This document shows, one piece after another, positions 1 to 12,340 of a stretch of 64,000 nucleotides of DNA; positions within the stretch are counted from its first letter, which is position 1; each line of letters starts with the position of its first letter. Made by a program: the position numbers and the translations under genes. The notes below the pieces were generated by a model. The model saw only the letters and a program-made list of their open reading frames with translations, did not search any database and was not told where the DNA came from. This DNA is from Sarea resinae. Lineage: Eukaryota. The stretch is from positions 1-64,000 of the forward strand of contig JAPEUD010000098.1 of the NCBI GenBank assembly GCA_026026165.1, given 5' to 3'.

Positions 1-1120
1 ATGCCATCACGTCATAACAACTTTGCTGGATGGAAAGCTTTACCTCGCGCCTATCGAAGACAATCCTAATCGCGTGATTGACTTGGGCTGCGGGACTGGG
101 ACGTGGGCTATCGAAATGGGTATGTTGAACCAGAATAGGCTCTGCTTGTGGCCTTGACAATGTTGACCAAGCTATTAAGCGTTCCCGTTCAATTTGCTGA
201 CACTTTCTTCTAGGGGATCTGCATCCTTTATCTGTTTCAGTCCGCCTCCTTTCCCTGAATTTATACGTACAATAGACTGACTGCTTTCAATGTTGTTGGA
301 AATGACATAAGTCCAATCCAGCCAACCTGGTAGAATCGATGTGTTGGCTTGATGATGACTAGGCTAACATCTCTAGGATACCTCCTAATGTCAAATTCTA
401 CGTGGATGATATAGAGAGCGATTGGGTTCCTGGCCGACCCTACGACTACATCCACGGCCGCTACTTGGCCTGTGCGATCAAAGACTGGCCCAAGTTGGTC
501 AGGCAAAGCTACACGTACGTCTCTTCTGTTCTGGTCTCGAGGAAGGTGCTGATGTTTGACCAAAGTCATTTGAAAGGGGGAGGATGGGTTGAATTCCAAG
601 ATTATGACCTGCGCGCCTATTCCGAGGATGGTTCATTGAAGCCCGATAATGCTCTTCTCAAGTTTCATGACCATATCGGCGAAGCTGCGGACGAAATGGG
701 GCGCACTGCTCGTCCGGGACCCCAATTGAGGAAATGGGTCGAAGAGGCCGGCTTCGTGAATGTCCAGGAAAGAGTATTTCAATTGCCCATTGGTCCTTGG
801 GCGAAGGACGCGAAATTTGTATGATCCTTAAACTTCTGGGACTTCAAGACGACCACTTATTGCTCCCACAGAAAAAGGCTGGTGGCCTACATATGCTGCA
901 ATTCCTGAACGGCTTGGAGGCTTTCACGGTAGCCATGTATACTCACCATCTCGGATGGTCAATGGAGCAAATCCAGCTCTTCTTAGTGGACGTTCGTAAA
1001 GATGCCAAGTTGAAGAACGTCCATGCGCTGAACAACTTGTGAGGTTTCCTCCCGTCACAACTGACTGTTTAGAGGGCTGACAGCTTCAGCCATGTCGTGT
1101 GGGGCCAGAAGCCTACGTAA
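1..1120 (+). CDS. SAM-dependent methyltransferase (fungal LaeA/TAM-like family), 5' end outside the window, multi-exon
   Basis: Spliced translation gives ...LYLAPIEDNPNRVIDLGCGTGTWAIEMG (motif I), GNDISPIQPTW, VKFYVDDIESDW, DYIHGRYL, GGWVEFQD, PIGPWAKD, and a last exon HVVWGQKPT* (TAA 1118-1120). One intron (240-291) has no AG acceptor. Confidence 0.88.
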
Positions 1121-2353
1121 AAGGCAAAGCATTCATGCCTTGGCATTCTTTGGAATTTGGTATCGCCCGTGTACTAAATTCGAATTCAGTCACCAATCCG
1201 ATTTTCAAAGAAGTCTTTCGCTATGATATCTCTTGATACAGCTACTCACCTATGATCCTTGATAAATAAGCCCCAAACATCATATTATTCAATCGCTCTT
1301 CTCACACCTCTCGTTCAAAATTCTACGGTCTATAATCCACACTACCTGAATGAGAAAGTAGTCAAGGTGAAATTTACTTATAGGTTATCTCATCATATAA
1401 AGTACCTAGTCATGACTTGTCAGCCTCCCCTGCCATGCAATCGTCCTTGAGACTGTACATACCTACCAATTAGGGGTACATGAGCTTGGCGCAGCAGTGA
1501 TGGACTGGACTCTGGAGTAAATCCAGATTCCGTAACCTCGGTTACTATTGATGATGCTACAATAGCACTCTCCGCACCGTATACCCCAGGAAGTCAATGG
1601 GATTGGCTACACGGTCACCGATACATTGATCACGCCTCTCAAGCCTAAGCACAAAGAAGAAGGAGGACGAGGATGGATACGAACTTCGGTTATCAGTCGC
1701 GTTACTAATAACGATTGGAACGCTGTTGAACGTCGGAATCAGATAGGTAGAGTACGGTATCCGTAAGGGACGGAGTACGGAGTACGGAGAGGATTGGTAT
1801 CGATATGGAGCTCGTTAAGCTCATTGATGGGCGGCTATCAGCGGGCCCTAACCACGGCTGAATCTTCATTTTGGCCGTGCGAGGAGGGTCCCGGTCAAGG
1901 TTCACATGCCTGTCCACTGGTCCGCCATTCCCCTGGTGCCTGTCTTCTAGAAGGCCTCCAGCTCTCAACTCCCTCGCCAAGCTGCTGCGATATAGCATCA
2001 TCGGTCATGCTGGACAAATTAGGGAGCTCGATCGCCATGATCATACCTTATTTGTACCCCTCAGCCCCCGCTGCTGCGGGAGATTGCTCCAAAGAGGCTA
2101 TTGCTTAATTCCTCCGCGAGATCAAGCACTCCCACATTCTCCAATCTCTTCGGCGCAGTGCCCCTCAAGGATGTGCCAGGTGGTCATCCGCCACGAGTTG
2201 GCTGAGCTGTTGTTCATTCTCGTGATGGGCCCACTATCGCCAAGAATGAGGGACAATTTCTCGTATTCGACACGACCATGGCATATTTAAACGCCCACAG
2301 GGCTCACCTTCGAGGGGGCATCCCGCTCAGCTCTTCAAAAGTCTAAGCCGACG

Positions 2354-3949
2354 ATGCGGTTTCTCAGCTTGACATCTGCCACCTTCGCGCTGGCCGGCGC
2401 GGCCGTTGCCGCACCGGCTCATCAGAACAACAAGCGCTCCATCGTGGAACGTGATGGCATCAACCATACTATTTTCGAGCATGCCGCCACGGGGGCCAAG
2501 CTGGACTATGTGACAAACTCAGGCATCTGCGAGACCACTGCCGGCGTGAACCAATACTCTGGCTATCTCTCCGTTGGCTCCAACATGAACATGTGGTTTT
2601 GGTTCTTCGAAGCCCGCAGCTCCCCCAGCACCGCCCCTTTCGCGACTTGGTTCAACGGCGGTCCCGGTTGCTCCAGTATGATCGGTCTGTTCCAAGAGAA
2701 CGGACCCTGCCATTTTGTCAACGGCGAGTCTGACCCTTCGCTCAATGAATACAGCTTCAACTCCTACGCAAATATGCTGTACGTTGACCAGCCTATCGGC
2801 ACCGGCTTCTCGTACGGCACCGATGACGTAGACTCCACCGTCACCGCTGCCCCTTACGTTTGGAAGCTACTCCAAGCCTTCTATTCCGCTTTCCCGCAGT
2901 ACGAGAACCGGGAATTTGGTATATTCACCGAGTCCTACGGAGGCCACTATGGCCCTGAGTTCGCGACATACTTCGAATCGCAAAATAGCGCCATTGCCTC
3001 TGGCAGCGTCAGCGGCGAGAAAATCGATCTCATCGCCCTTGGCATCAACAATGGCTGGATCGACCCTTTAATCCAGGAAAAGGCTTATGTCACATTTAGC
3101 TACAACAACACCTACAAACAGCTGATCGACCAATCGGACTATAACTCCTATATGGACTCTTACAATAATGACTGCGCGCCGGCGATTAAACAATGCGCGA
3201 GTTCAGGCTCTGATGACGACTGTTCTAACGCCGAAAATACATGCGGGGAAGAGATCGAGGACCCGTTGATAGATGCGGCCGACTTTGACGTCTACGATGT
3301 GAGGGAGCCGAGCAATGATCCTTACCCGCCAGACACATATGTCAGCTATTTGCAGCAGTCATCAATTCAGAAGGCCATTGGGGCCAAGCAAAAGTACCAG
3401 GAGTGTCCGGATGCACCGGGGAACAAGTTCACCACTACTGGAGATGGTATATATTTCCGCGAGCTCCAGTCCTTTACCCCTATCTCCTACTCCAATGCTA
3501 CTCGGTCTTACCATGTCCACTACTAACCCCGCTATGCTTTATAGACTCGCGCTCCTTTCTCTCCCAACTTGGATCCGTGGTCTCCTCTGGTGTAACAACA
3601 CTAATCTGGCACGGTGACGCTGACTGGATCTGCAATTGGTTCGGCGGACAAACTGCCGCGAATTCCGTCTCATACGCGGATCATTCAACCTTCGCGAGCG
3701 CATCCCTAACGCCGTATACGGTGAATGGGAACCATAGCGGCGACTTCAAAACGGCGGGCGGATTGAGCTTCCTCAGGGTCTTTGAAGCCGGCCACGAAGT
3801 GCCTTATTATCGTGAGTCTTGCCATTCCTTAACAGGGCGTTGAAGAAAAAGGGACAATGCTGACGAAAGACCGTTAATTGGTAGAACCGAAACTAGCTCT
3901 CCAGGTGTTCAAGCAGACAATGCAGAAGCAGGCTATTTCCTCGACTTAA
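2354..3949 (+). CDS. Secreted serine carboxypeptidase (peptidase S10, carboxypeptidase S1-like), 3 exons
   Basis: Signal peptide, KR processing site, WFNGGPGCSS, DQPIGTGFSY, catalytic TESYGGHY, GDADWICNW and EAGHEVPYY. GT-AG introns near 3448-3544 and 3812-3884; stop TAA 3947-3949. Confidence 0.95.
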
Positions 3950-4249
3950 TCGGCCTAGTCCCTCCTGGGCTGGAAGCAAGTGAAATGAAAAGAGCTGAGA
4001 GCGATGAGGACATTGACTACTGAGTCAAGTGAACGGGCTGGACATTAAGAGTTGGAAAGCAAGGAGTGAACTTTTCTTAGATGGACATACAGATTGATAT
4101 ATATGTGCGAGCTGTGGTGGGCATCTTTGGAAAATGATAGATATGATCGTCACGAATTCAATTGGACTTAGGGCGTATTGAGATATCCATGTGTCTGATG
4201 ACATGATATTTGGATTGCCAGTAGACGAGAGGGAGACTCTAAGCTGTCG

Positions 4250-4948
4250 TCAAGCTCCCTTCTCTGCTCCCATCATTGCTCTATTGTCTTTAGCACTGCC
4301 TTCCAGCCCACTCAGCATCTCCTTCCCACCGGGGCCGATACTCGGTATGATCATCTCAAACGTCTCGCGCACCACGGCGTACTCATGATATCCACATCTG
4401 GCAATTGGCTGCGTCTTCCTCACGTCGAGTAGCCCATCCGTAAGCACGTCATCGGCGATGTGTATGCCCACGACCTCGGCAATGATGACGTCGACGGTGC
4501 CCATTGGCGGATTCCCGGGCAGTCGCACCGTGGTATGATACTTGCAATCGAAATGTACGGGGCTCTCCTTGACGCGCGGACAAGTCGAGTACACCTCGCT
4601 CGGCTCCTTGGTGACGCCGGCGACCTCGAACTCGTCGACATCGGCGGCCAGGTACTGCGCGCTCTTGTTGACGGCCTCGCGAGTGTCCCACGTGGCTAGG
4701 TTCCAGACGAAGAAGCCCGTCTCTTGGGCATTGCGCGCCGAATCTTTGATCTTGTTCTCGTGGGTCTGGTTCGCCGAGAACATGACGTAGGGCGGGTCGA
4801 AGGTCAGGTTGTTGAATTGGGAGTAGGGGGCTAGATTTGGGACGCCATCGCGGGAGACAGAGGAGATCCAGCCTATAGGCCGAGGGATCACACAGGCTTT
4901 GAAAGGATCGCGGGGGAGATTGTGGGGGGTTCCGGGCTTGTAGAACAT
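4250..4948 (-). CDS. Flavin reductase-like FMN-binding split-barrel protein, intronless
   Basis: MFYKPG...DPFKACVIPRPIGWISS...NLAPYSQFN...KDSARNAQETGFFVWNLAT...PIARCGY; ATG at 4948 with a TATA-like element near 5042-5048. Confidence 0.9.
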   Translation of the reverse strand: MFYKPGTPHNLPRDPFKACVIPRPIGWISSVSRDGVPNLAPYSQFNNLTFDPPYVMFSANQTHENKIKDSARNAQETGFFVWNLATWDTREAVNKSAQYLAADVDEFEVAGVTKEPSEVYSTCPRVKESPVHFDCKYHTTVRLPGNPPMGTVDVIIAEVVGIHIADDVLTDGLLDVRKTQPIARCGYHEYAVVRETFEMIIPSIGPGGKEMLSGLEGSAKDNRAMMGAEKGA

Positions 4949-5835
4949 GCTGTGCTGATGGGTGATGAGTTGAGCAACGATTTGGCTGTGTCGATTTCTT
5001 GTAGGGTCAGGACGAGCAGGGCGGGGTGTTTCTGTATGCTTTATATATCTCGAAGAGCGCGGAAGCTGACCATTGCGATCTCCGTCGTCTGCCAATTTAG
5101 TAACCGGTTTGAGTATCAACTGATTTCCAGTACTGGTAGATTGGCCTGCACAGCGATGATCATGGAGAGGGTAAATCGTACACAGCGATCTCTCGGGGGA
5201 ATGCCGGACAAAATAGATTACGGCTATGGTATCGACTGCTATGTACTGTTATGTGCAAGATCGATCCTAATCAAACCGATCTCGAGAGAAGCCTGGCCAG
5301 GGGGGGGCTGGATCAGCATAGATCGAAGCTTTTCTGAGGTCATGCCGCCTTCTCAGGAGCAGATATGACTCGTGGAGCCGCCGGCATTAGCGCCGGCATT
5401 GAACGAGTGCCGGGCGAGGCATTCAAATGCCGAAGCAAACTAAACCCCATCAAAGTTGTGCCCTGCTGTCAAGATGGCGATGATGCCCCGTCCATTAAAA
5501 TTTCGAGCATCTGAACGGAGCGGGAACTTCTCCGCCGCTGGCCCAGTACCCTATGTACATTACTGTGTACTCCGTACCTTCTTTCGTATCGTACTGCGCA
5601 ATAGTCGGTCGGTACTGCGCAGTACCTTATGAAGTACGTACATATAACTTTGCTCTCTCGTTTCCAAAAGCCATCCTGTACCTTTGTACTTCGTGCCATC
5701 TGCTCCAGCCACTCTCATTGGGAATCTAAGCGAAAGTTCGAAATTCAGATAAACCAAACTCCAAAAAATCTCGTCGCGGATGTTGCCCAGCAGCTGGAGT
5801 GCATCTGCGATTTCAAAACCAGACACATCCATACA

Positions 5836-7301
5836 ATGGCGCCAGAACCCAAGACTCTGACCACAAAGGTCCAGAGCGGATCGCCGTATCAGCTTGACAA
5901 AGCTCAAGTATGTCTATTCCCTCTTAACGATCCCATCACTCTCCGCTCAAGCCAACGCGAAGATTGACTAACCTCATCTTTGACAGACCCTCAAGGCCTC
6001 GAGCGCTCTCCTCAAGCATATCAAATCCGACGAACAGCGCAAGGAGACGGAGAACGGCGCGAAGAATCTTCTAGCGAAGGGCGATAGCTCTGATGACGAA
6101 GAAGTCGACGATAGCGAGGACACGCTTATATGGCTCGTGCTCACGACGAAGAAGCATATCGTCGATAAGAAGCGCTTGAAGCCGGGGAAAATGTAAGTCT
6201 TTGCCCGACTGAGCCCAATTTCTCTCCATTCCTCGTCTTCCACCCAAGCTAACGATTTTCACCTGAAGTCCCATCCCTCACCCGCTCAACACCTCCCCGA
6301 CATCAACAATCTGCCTTATCACGGCAGACCCCCAGCGCACCTACAAAGACCTAATCGCCGACCCTTCTTTCCCTTCCTCACTTGCCAGCCGCATTACCCG
6401 TGTCCTTGGCGCATCCAAGCTACGCTCCAAGTATAAGAGCTACGAATCCCGCCGCCAGCTCTTTAACGACTACGACCTCTTCCTCGCTGACGATAGGATC
6501 GTCACATTGCTTCCCAACTTACTCGGCAAGATCTTCTACAAGGGCGGCTCCAAGAGGCCCATCCCCGTAAATATCACTGGCGATCATGCATCGAACAAGA
6601 AATCCAAAGACCAGAAACAAGAAAAGCCATCCGTTGAAGTACAATCGAAATCCGCCCCTAGCCCCACCAAACTCGCCCATGAAATAAATCGAGCTCTCTC
6701 TTCGGCCCTAGTCCACCTCAGCCCCTCCGCTACAACATCCGTCAAAGTGGGTAAAGCGAGCTGGGCCCCCGAGAATGTCGCCGCGAACATCGAAGCCGTC
6801 GTCGAGGGGCTAGTAACGAAATACGTGCCCAAGGGCTGGCGCAACGTGCGGAGTGTTCATGTCAAGGGTCCAGAGACAATGGCGCTGCCGATTTGGTTGG
6901 CGAGCGAGCTGTGGGTCGATGAAGCTGAGGATGTGTTGGAAGAGTTGCCGAAGAAGGAGGAGATTGAAGGAGGAGTATCACTCAAGCAGATTGAGGGAGC
7001 ACCAAAAAAGGAGAAAAGCAAGAAGCGGAAAGCGAAAGACGCCGAGGTGGAGGCGCAGGGTGAAGGTGACGCAGAAGTGGTCACTGAGCAAAAGAAATCC
7101 AAAAAAGCCAAGAAAGATGCGAAACCTGACGGCGCAGCAGATCTAGCCCTCGAGATCGCGACCCGAAAGGAGAAACTCAAGAAGCAGAAGGCAGAGGCGC
7201 TCAAAGCTGCTGACATCGCCGATGATCTTGTTGATGGAGCGGACAAGAAAGCGAAAAAGGAGAAGAAGGTGAAGACAAAGAAAAGCAAAATCGCTGCCTA
7301 G
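5836..7301 (+). CDS. Ribosomal protein L1-domain nucleolar protein (Cic1/Utp30/RSL1D1-like), 3 exons
   Basis: ICLITADPQRTYK, KLRSKYKSYESRRQLFNDYDLFLADDRI, LLGKIFYK, NVRSVHVKGPETMALPIW and a lysine-rich tail; introns about 5908-5986 and 6193-6268. Confidence 0.9.
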
Positions 7302-8820
7302 CTGTTCTGAATGGTCTTTCTCTGTTCACTTTCGTCTGCTTCCCTCTGGTCGGGTTTTGGGCTAGTAAAGGTGTTTGGGTGTTTACTATTTCACCGTTGG
7401 CTCGGGCTCTTCCTTGTACTATCATGAGCTTCCTCCAGGAAATAAATAGTCCGTCAAAGCCTTCCCCTGATTAATAGACGTAGTGACATTTCATGTGTAG
7501 GTTGTCTTTGTGCAGCAGCGTTCAGCCAACAGATTGGCCCCTCTGTTGCAGAAGGGGTGGCTAGGCCTAAATGTTTCAATGTACTGCGGCAGGTTCAATT
7601 GTGCGCAAAATCAACGTAGATACCCAATACACATTATCTTGATGCTTAGAAAATATAGATACACAACACAAGCCAGTACCGCAAATCCATTCAAAAATCA
7701 TATTTACTCAAAAATTGTGAGAAACAACTCGTATCATATCAATTAATAGAAATCCATTCAGATCATGTACAGGTCTACAGATCAAGCTTTGCTATACCAT
7801 TGAGAAGTGATTAAAATCCCACTATCCAATAATTCAAAGCCCAAGTTGCGGTGGCCCGAGACGCGACCCAGCGCGGCGCGGTCAATGAATCAAATGATGC
7901 GCGGACATGTAGCAATGCTAATCAGCCTCCCACAAAATTCAAAGATCAGCCGCGGCGGTTTAGGTACACGCACACACAGCCGACTAACAAATTTTCGCAC
8001 CTTAGTAGTCTCCGCCCGAGGTCAATCGCAGCGCGCATGACCATCGATCGTACGTGCAAAGGACAGGCTCTACGCTGGGCAAGGAGCAGAAGGTCTTGAG
8101 TGGGAAGAGAAAAAAAGGAAGTGGAGGCTCTCCCTAACGAGATCGAGCGTAATGTGCCCGTAATATGCGCTGGATGAAGGCAGTCGCGGGCATTCCGCTG
8201 CAGCGAAGGAGCTGGCGGGTCCCCTCGAGCGCGTTTTCATGCGTCGGCGGAGATGTTTAGCGTGTCTGTGTGGGCGTGTGAGCGTGGGACCGCCTACTTC
8301 GTAGTACTTGGGCGGGGGGAGGGGGGCCTATGAGGGAGAGGAGGCTGGGCAAATTGGGGGAAGGGAACGGAGGCTTTTCCCGTCCGAGAGAGAGACCAGA
8401 CGAGACGAAGTTGGAAGCCGAGATGACTGGGCTGGTTTGTTTCGTATTCGTTCATGATTACCTAGGCACGGCAAGGTACTCCATACATAGTAGGTAGGTA
8501 TGCAGAATGATACAAAGCACGAACTGGCAGTGACTACTACAGCCGACACGGCACTCCCGCTGTCCGACTTCAACGAAGAGCAGAGCCCCGGGCTGGGGAC
8601 TGAAGTGATGGATATTATTCATATGATTGTCGGTCTGAAATGATGTCGATTGTGGGAGCCCTGGAGACATTCTCCCAAGCCTCCAGGTTGGGTGGGGGAA
8701 GGGACCGGAAGCAGAGGTACCTGCGCACCGTGATTCGGCTCTCGAGTGACCTCGCTCGGTGAATGGGAGGCACGACGGTGAACGCTGTAGCGTCTTTCGC
8801 CTGAGACTCGCGAACGCCAA

Positions 8821-8826
8821 ACGCGT
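8821..8826. promoter_or_regulatory. MCB (MluI cell-cycle box, ACGCGT) upstream of the Tos4-like gene
   Basis: Exact ACGCGT about 345 bp upstream of the ATG, next to a CGCGAA element at about 8809-8814; TOS4 is an established MBF target in yeasts. Confidence 0.55.
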
Positions 8827-9166
8827 GCAGGCATTAGGCGTGCACTCGTCTGCTGTTGGGGACGTGACCTTCTACTTCAAAGCTGCGAGGTCCCCTTCTC
8901 TCGACCTTCTCTTGCATCCCATGATCTGACGGGACGCTCCTTCTTTGAGGTTCACCTTGAATCATCTTCCATCCTTCCTTTCAATGTGACAGAGTCCTTC
9001 CCCTCGCCTCGACTACTCTCTGTCCCTTCTCCGCTCCTTCCATCCACTCCTCGCGTCTGTTTACACCCTCTTCATAGCGTGTCTGGTATAGCAGTCTTGC
9101 GGCACGGTCGTCATACCCTGGTTTGGACAGAACACACACGTGAGCTGGGGGTCGCAGCCGTGAGCA

Positions 9167-10788
9167 ATGGATTATTCTCCGAGCAGAGAAAAGGCGTTTC
9201 CACCGCCTGTAGCAGGTGTGAAACGACCAGCTCCAACGCCCTCGTTGCTCCCGGCATTCGAACCGCGCTCTTCGTCCCCTTCGCTTCCTCGCCCGACGAA
9301 ACGCCAGGCATCTCGTGTTTCAGCAGCAGCAGTTCGAGACTCTGATGTTGCTAGATATCCGACTCCATTACCAAGCTCTGCCATGGGCAACATCCCATCC
9401 TCCCCGCCTCCATTGCCGCCCACGCGTCCGACCGTTCAGCGAGCCGCGTCAACTGTTTCTGAGCGTTCTCCTCTTTCTGCTGTGGCCGCCATTCCTCTTC
9501 CTAGTGACGGACGCCCAGTGCTTATGGGCCGATCTAGCCATTCTTCTGACTACCAGCTCTCCGGCAATCGCCTCATTTCTCGCGTCCACGTGCGAGCCAC
9601 ATTCATTCCCTCCTCGTCCCCATCGAAGCGGAACAAAGTTGTCATAGAATGCGTGGGATGGAACGGTGTAAAGGTGCATTGCCAGGGCCGGACGTGGGAG
9701 CTTGCCAAAGGCGATAATTTCACGTCGGAAACGCAGGACTCGGAAATCATGATGGATGTTCACGATGCCCGAGTTTTAATCGTCTGGCCTCCGCGACAGA
9801 AGTCTGGTGTGGCTCATTCCTTGGACTCGGAGTCGAGCTGGGATGAGGAGGAGTCCCCATCTCGTCAAGCCGGCGCGCGAAGGCCAGCACTCCAATCAAG
9901 CCCACCGCCTCGTCACCACCTGCGCTCACCTGTCTCGCCCAGTCCCGCTCATCAAACCAACTTTCCTACATCGTCGACGTTCCCTGCATCGGATGATGCA
10001 GCTCCGAGTGCGGTCCATATCTATGAAGACCCGAGCTCGTCAGAGGACAATAATTCAGAACCAGCGCCTGTGCCAATCTCTCAAACAACCACTTTGCCAG
10101 CTGACTCGTTCGGGAGTTTAGCAGAAGCTTCTCAATCTAGTTCGTTGAGCGAGCTACAAGACTTCTCTGATCGCGACGAGGAGAACGACCCAATCATTCA
10201 TTCTTTTGGCCCCTTCGGTGATAACCTTCTACCTCGCATGGCTTCGTTCACCGCGACTGGATCACCACAGCGTCGCCCTCATTTGCAACCCCTTCAAGAT
10301 GCTGCATCATCCCCACAGCGCCGCTCGACCTCCGAGTTGACGAATGAGAGAGAAGCGGGCCCAGTGGCCAACCACGTCATCAATCAGCTTGCATTTTCTC
10401 GACTGTCCTCGACTCCTCTTTCTACAATCCTGCACAACCTTCCTTCCGAGCTGAAGGGTCATAGTACAACGCATCTTGAGAACAGAGGTCTCTCTAAAGA
10501 TGACTTGAGGAAGATCTTGCATACGACAAAATGTGTTGGAGAAGTGATTCGCGAAGGAAAGGATGCTGCTGGAAAGCCTCTCGAGAGCGAGTACTACTAT
10601 ATTCCCGATCTCGACAGCGACGATAAGAGACGAGAAGCAGTTGTAGAAGGACTGAAAAAGCCTGGCCTGAGGTCTTGTCGAAAGCAACATAAGGTTAGTC
10701 CTAATCTGCATTTCCTATGATTCTATTGAACCTAAGCTGATCTTCCTGGCCATGGCAGCAATACTACTGGAAAAAGCCAAAGAACTAA
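9167..10788 (+). CDS. TOS4: FHA-domain transcription factor Tos4/Plm2-like, 2 exons
   Basis: FHA motif MGRSSHSSDYQLSGNRLISRVHV...GWNGVKVH; conserved C-terminus REGKDAAGKPLESEYYY...LRSCRKQHK|QYYWKKPKN* after an intron at about 10694-10758. Confidence 0.85.
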
Positions 10789-11893
10789 GTTTCTGAGTCA
10801 TCTTTGCAATTGCTAGTATTTCAGCGATCACTTTACCGATTTTCCTACAGTGTGTATCCATACATGTGTCCTTCATTGTGCACATGCACACGCATCTGCA
10901 TAGCACGGAGTCGTGGGGTTCAGTGTTCTTTCCTTTTCCCGTGAACGTAGTATTTCACAACTGTCGAAGGAATTTCCTCTGGAGCAGGGGAGCTGGCGAC
11001 TTCATTTCTCTTCATTTCTTTTAGCTATTACTTCGAGCGCACGCAAAGCGGCGAGATACCCTCGATTGGCTCTTTTTCGATGTTCGTTGTAATCAAGTGC
11101 TCGTTCGGCGCTTGGGAAGGGTGTTGTGTATCAATTGCTTTAGCAGTAGTCATCACAAAAATGGCAAGAAGAGATCGAAATCAGAGCTCCTTTTGCTTTG
11201 TGCGATGGGAATGTGGAGTGCGGGGCATTTTCTGCAAGTCGTCACCCGAGGACGCGCTCTAGTGCGGGGAAGAACGGCAGAAAAATGGCGCGCTAAGACG
11301 CGAGTTCACGTGGTGACTTCTGCGCCCTGCCCTGCCATGGATGGCCCAGCCACACCCCAGGTGCGGAAATCATGACCCGGGGGGTCGATGGCCTGGTCGG
11401 ATACAATCCTGGACCAATCCATTATTATTGTCTACTTCGTACGGAGTAATTTATATCCATGGATGGACAAATCTCTGTCCCCAATGATCTATTTCACTCA
11501 TTGTCCTTTTGGTGTGAAATGGTAGGGTATCTCCCCCAAGTCTTACCTAGGGCCCATAAGATGCCGTCCACCTTCCGAAGCAAGGATCTACCGCACGGGC
11601 GTGGTCCAACCAACATTGGGTCATTAGGTCATCGTACTTCGTACATAGTACCTCGTATACGAGGGGCAAGCTTCAATTCCTCGATTCCGTAGAACTCCGC
11701 AAAGCGTATGCTGGCTGACCGCTCGAGACATCTCATCGCCTCATACTAGGAACATACTCTAACGAACATCTATCTGTCAACCACACACCTAGCTGTACGA
11801 CAGAGACATCTTGTTCATTTTAAAGCTCTCTCACAACAGCCACGAATCGTGGTATTGTGCTACAAGCCCATAGTCACTACCTGAACGCTGATA

Positions 11894-12340
11894 ATGGCTG
11901 ACCTCACTGCCACGCCATCATCTAACTCCTCCAACTCTCATTATGTGTACGAACCCGCCTCATCCACGGCCTCGCGCACCCTCATAGACGAAGCCCGCAT
12001 TCGCTCGCAGGCAACGGATCATGCAACAGGATCATCGACCACGCACCAACCGCCTCTGCCTACATCCTTCCGCCCCACTCTGCCCACACGAAGCAGCTTC
12101 AACTACGCGCAGGCGGAGGCTGCGGCTCGAGCCGAAAAGGGCCCTACGGGCGCTAGAGATGTGGTGGGTGACTTCTTCGCCGATGAGGCTGGGAGGCCGA
12201 CTGTTGTGAGGCATCAGAGTTGGAGCGAGCAGGACTTCAAGAGGAAGATGCAGGGGGGGCTGATGGCTGGGGAAGCCGACGGCACTGGGTTCTCGGAGAA
12301 GCCGCATCTGGAAGGTGTGCAGGAGGGAAAAGCACACTGA
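11894..12340 (+). CDS. Small hypothetical protein (148 aa)
   Basis: ATG-started intronless ORF in a good context (ATAATGG), flanked by plausible UTRs; C-terminal motif RHQSWSEQDFKRKMQ resembles small conserved fungal proteins. Function unknown. Confidence 0.65.
   Translation: MADLTATPSSNSSNSHYVYEPASSTASRTLIDEARIRSQATDHATGSSTTHQPPLPTSFRPTLPTRSSFNYAQAEAAARAEKGPTGARDVVGDFFADEAGRPTVVRHQSWSEQDFKRKMQGGLMAGEADGTGFSEKPHLEGVQEGKAH

Noticed and set aside
4949..5119. In-frame non-ATG upstream extension of the flavin-reductase ORF
   Set aside because: It runs through a TATA-like element (about 5042-5048) and looks non-coding; the MFY start matches the family.
11060..11320. Possible C/D snoRNA on the minus strand (GTGATGA at about 11150-11156) downstream of a CACGTG/CGCG-rich patch
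   Set aside because: No D box (CTGA) at a suitable distance and no terminal stem.
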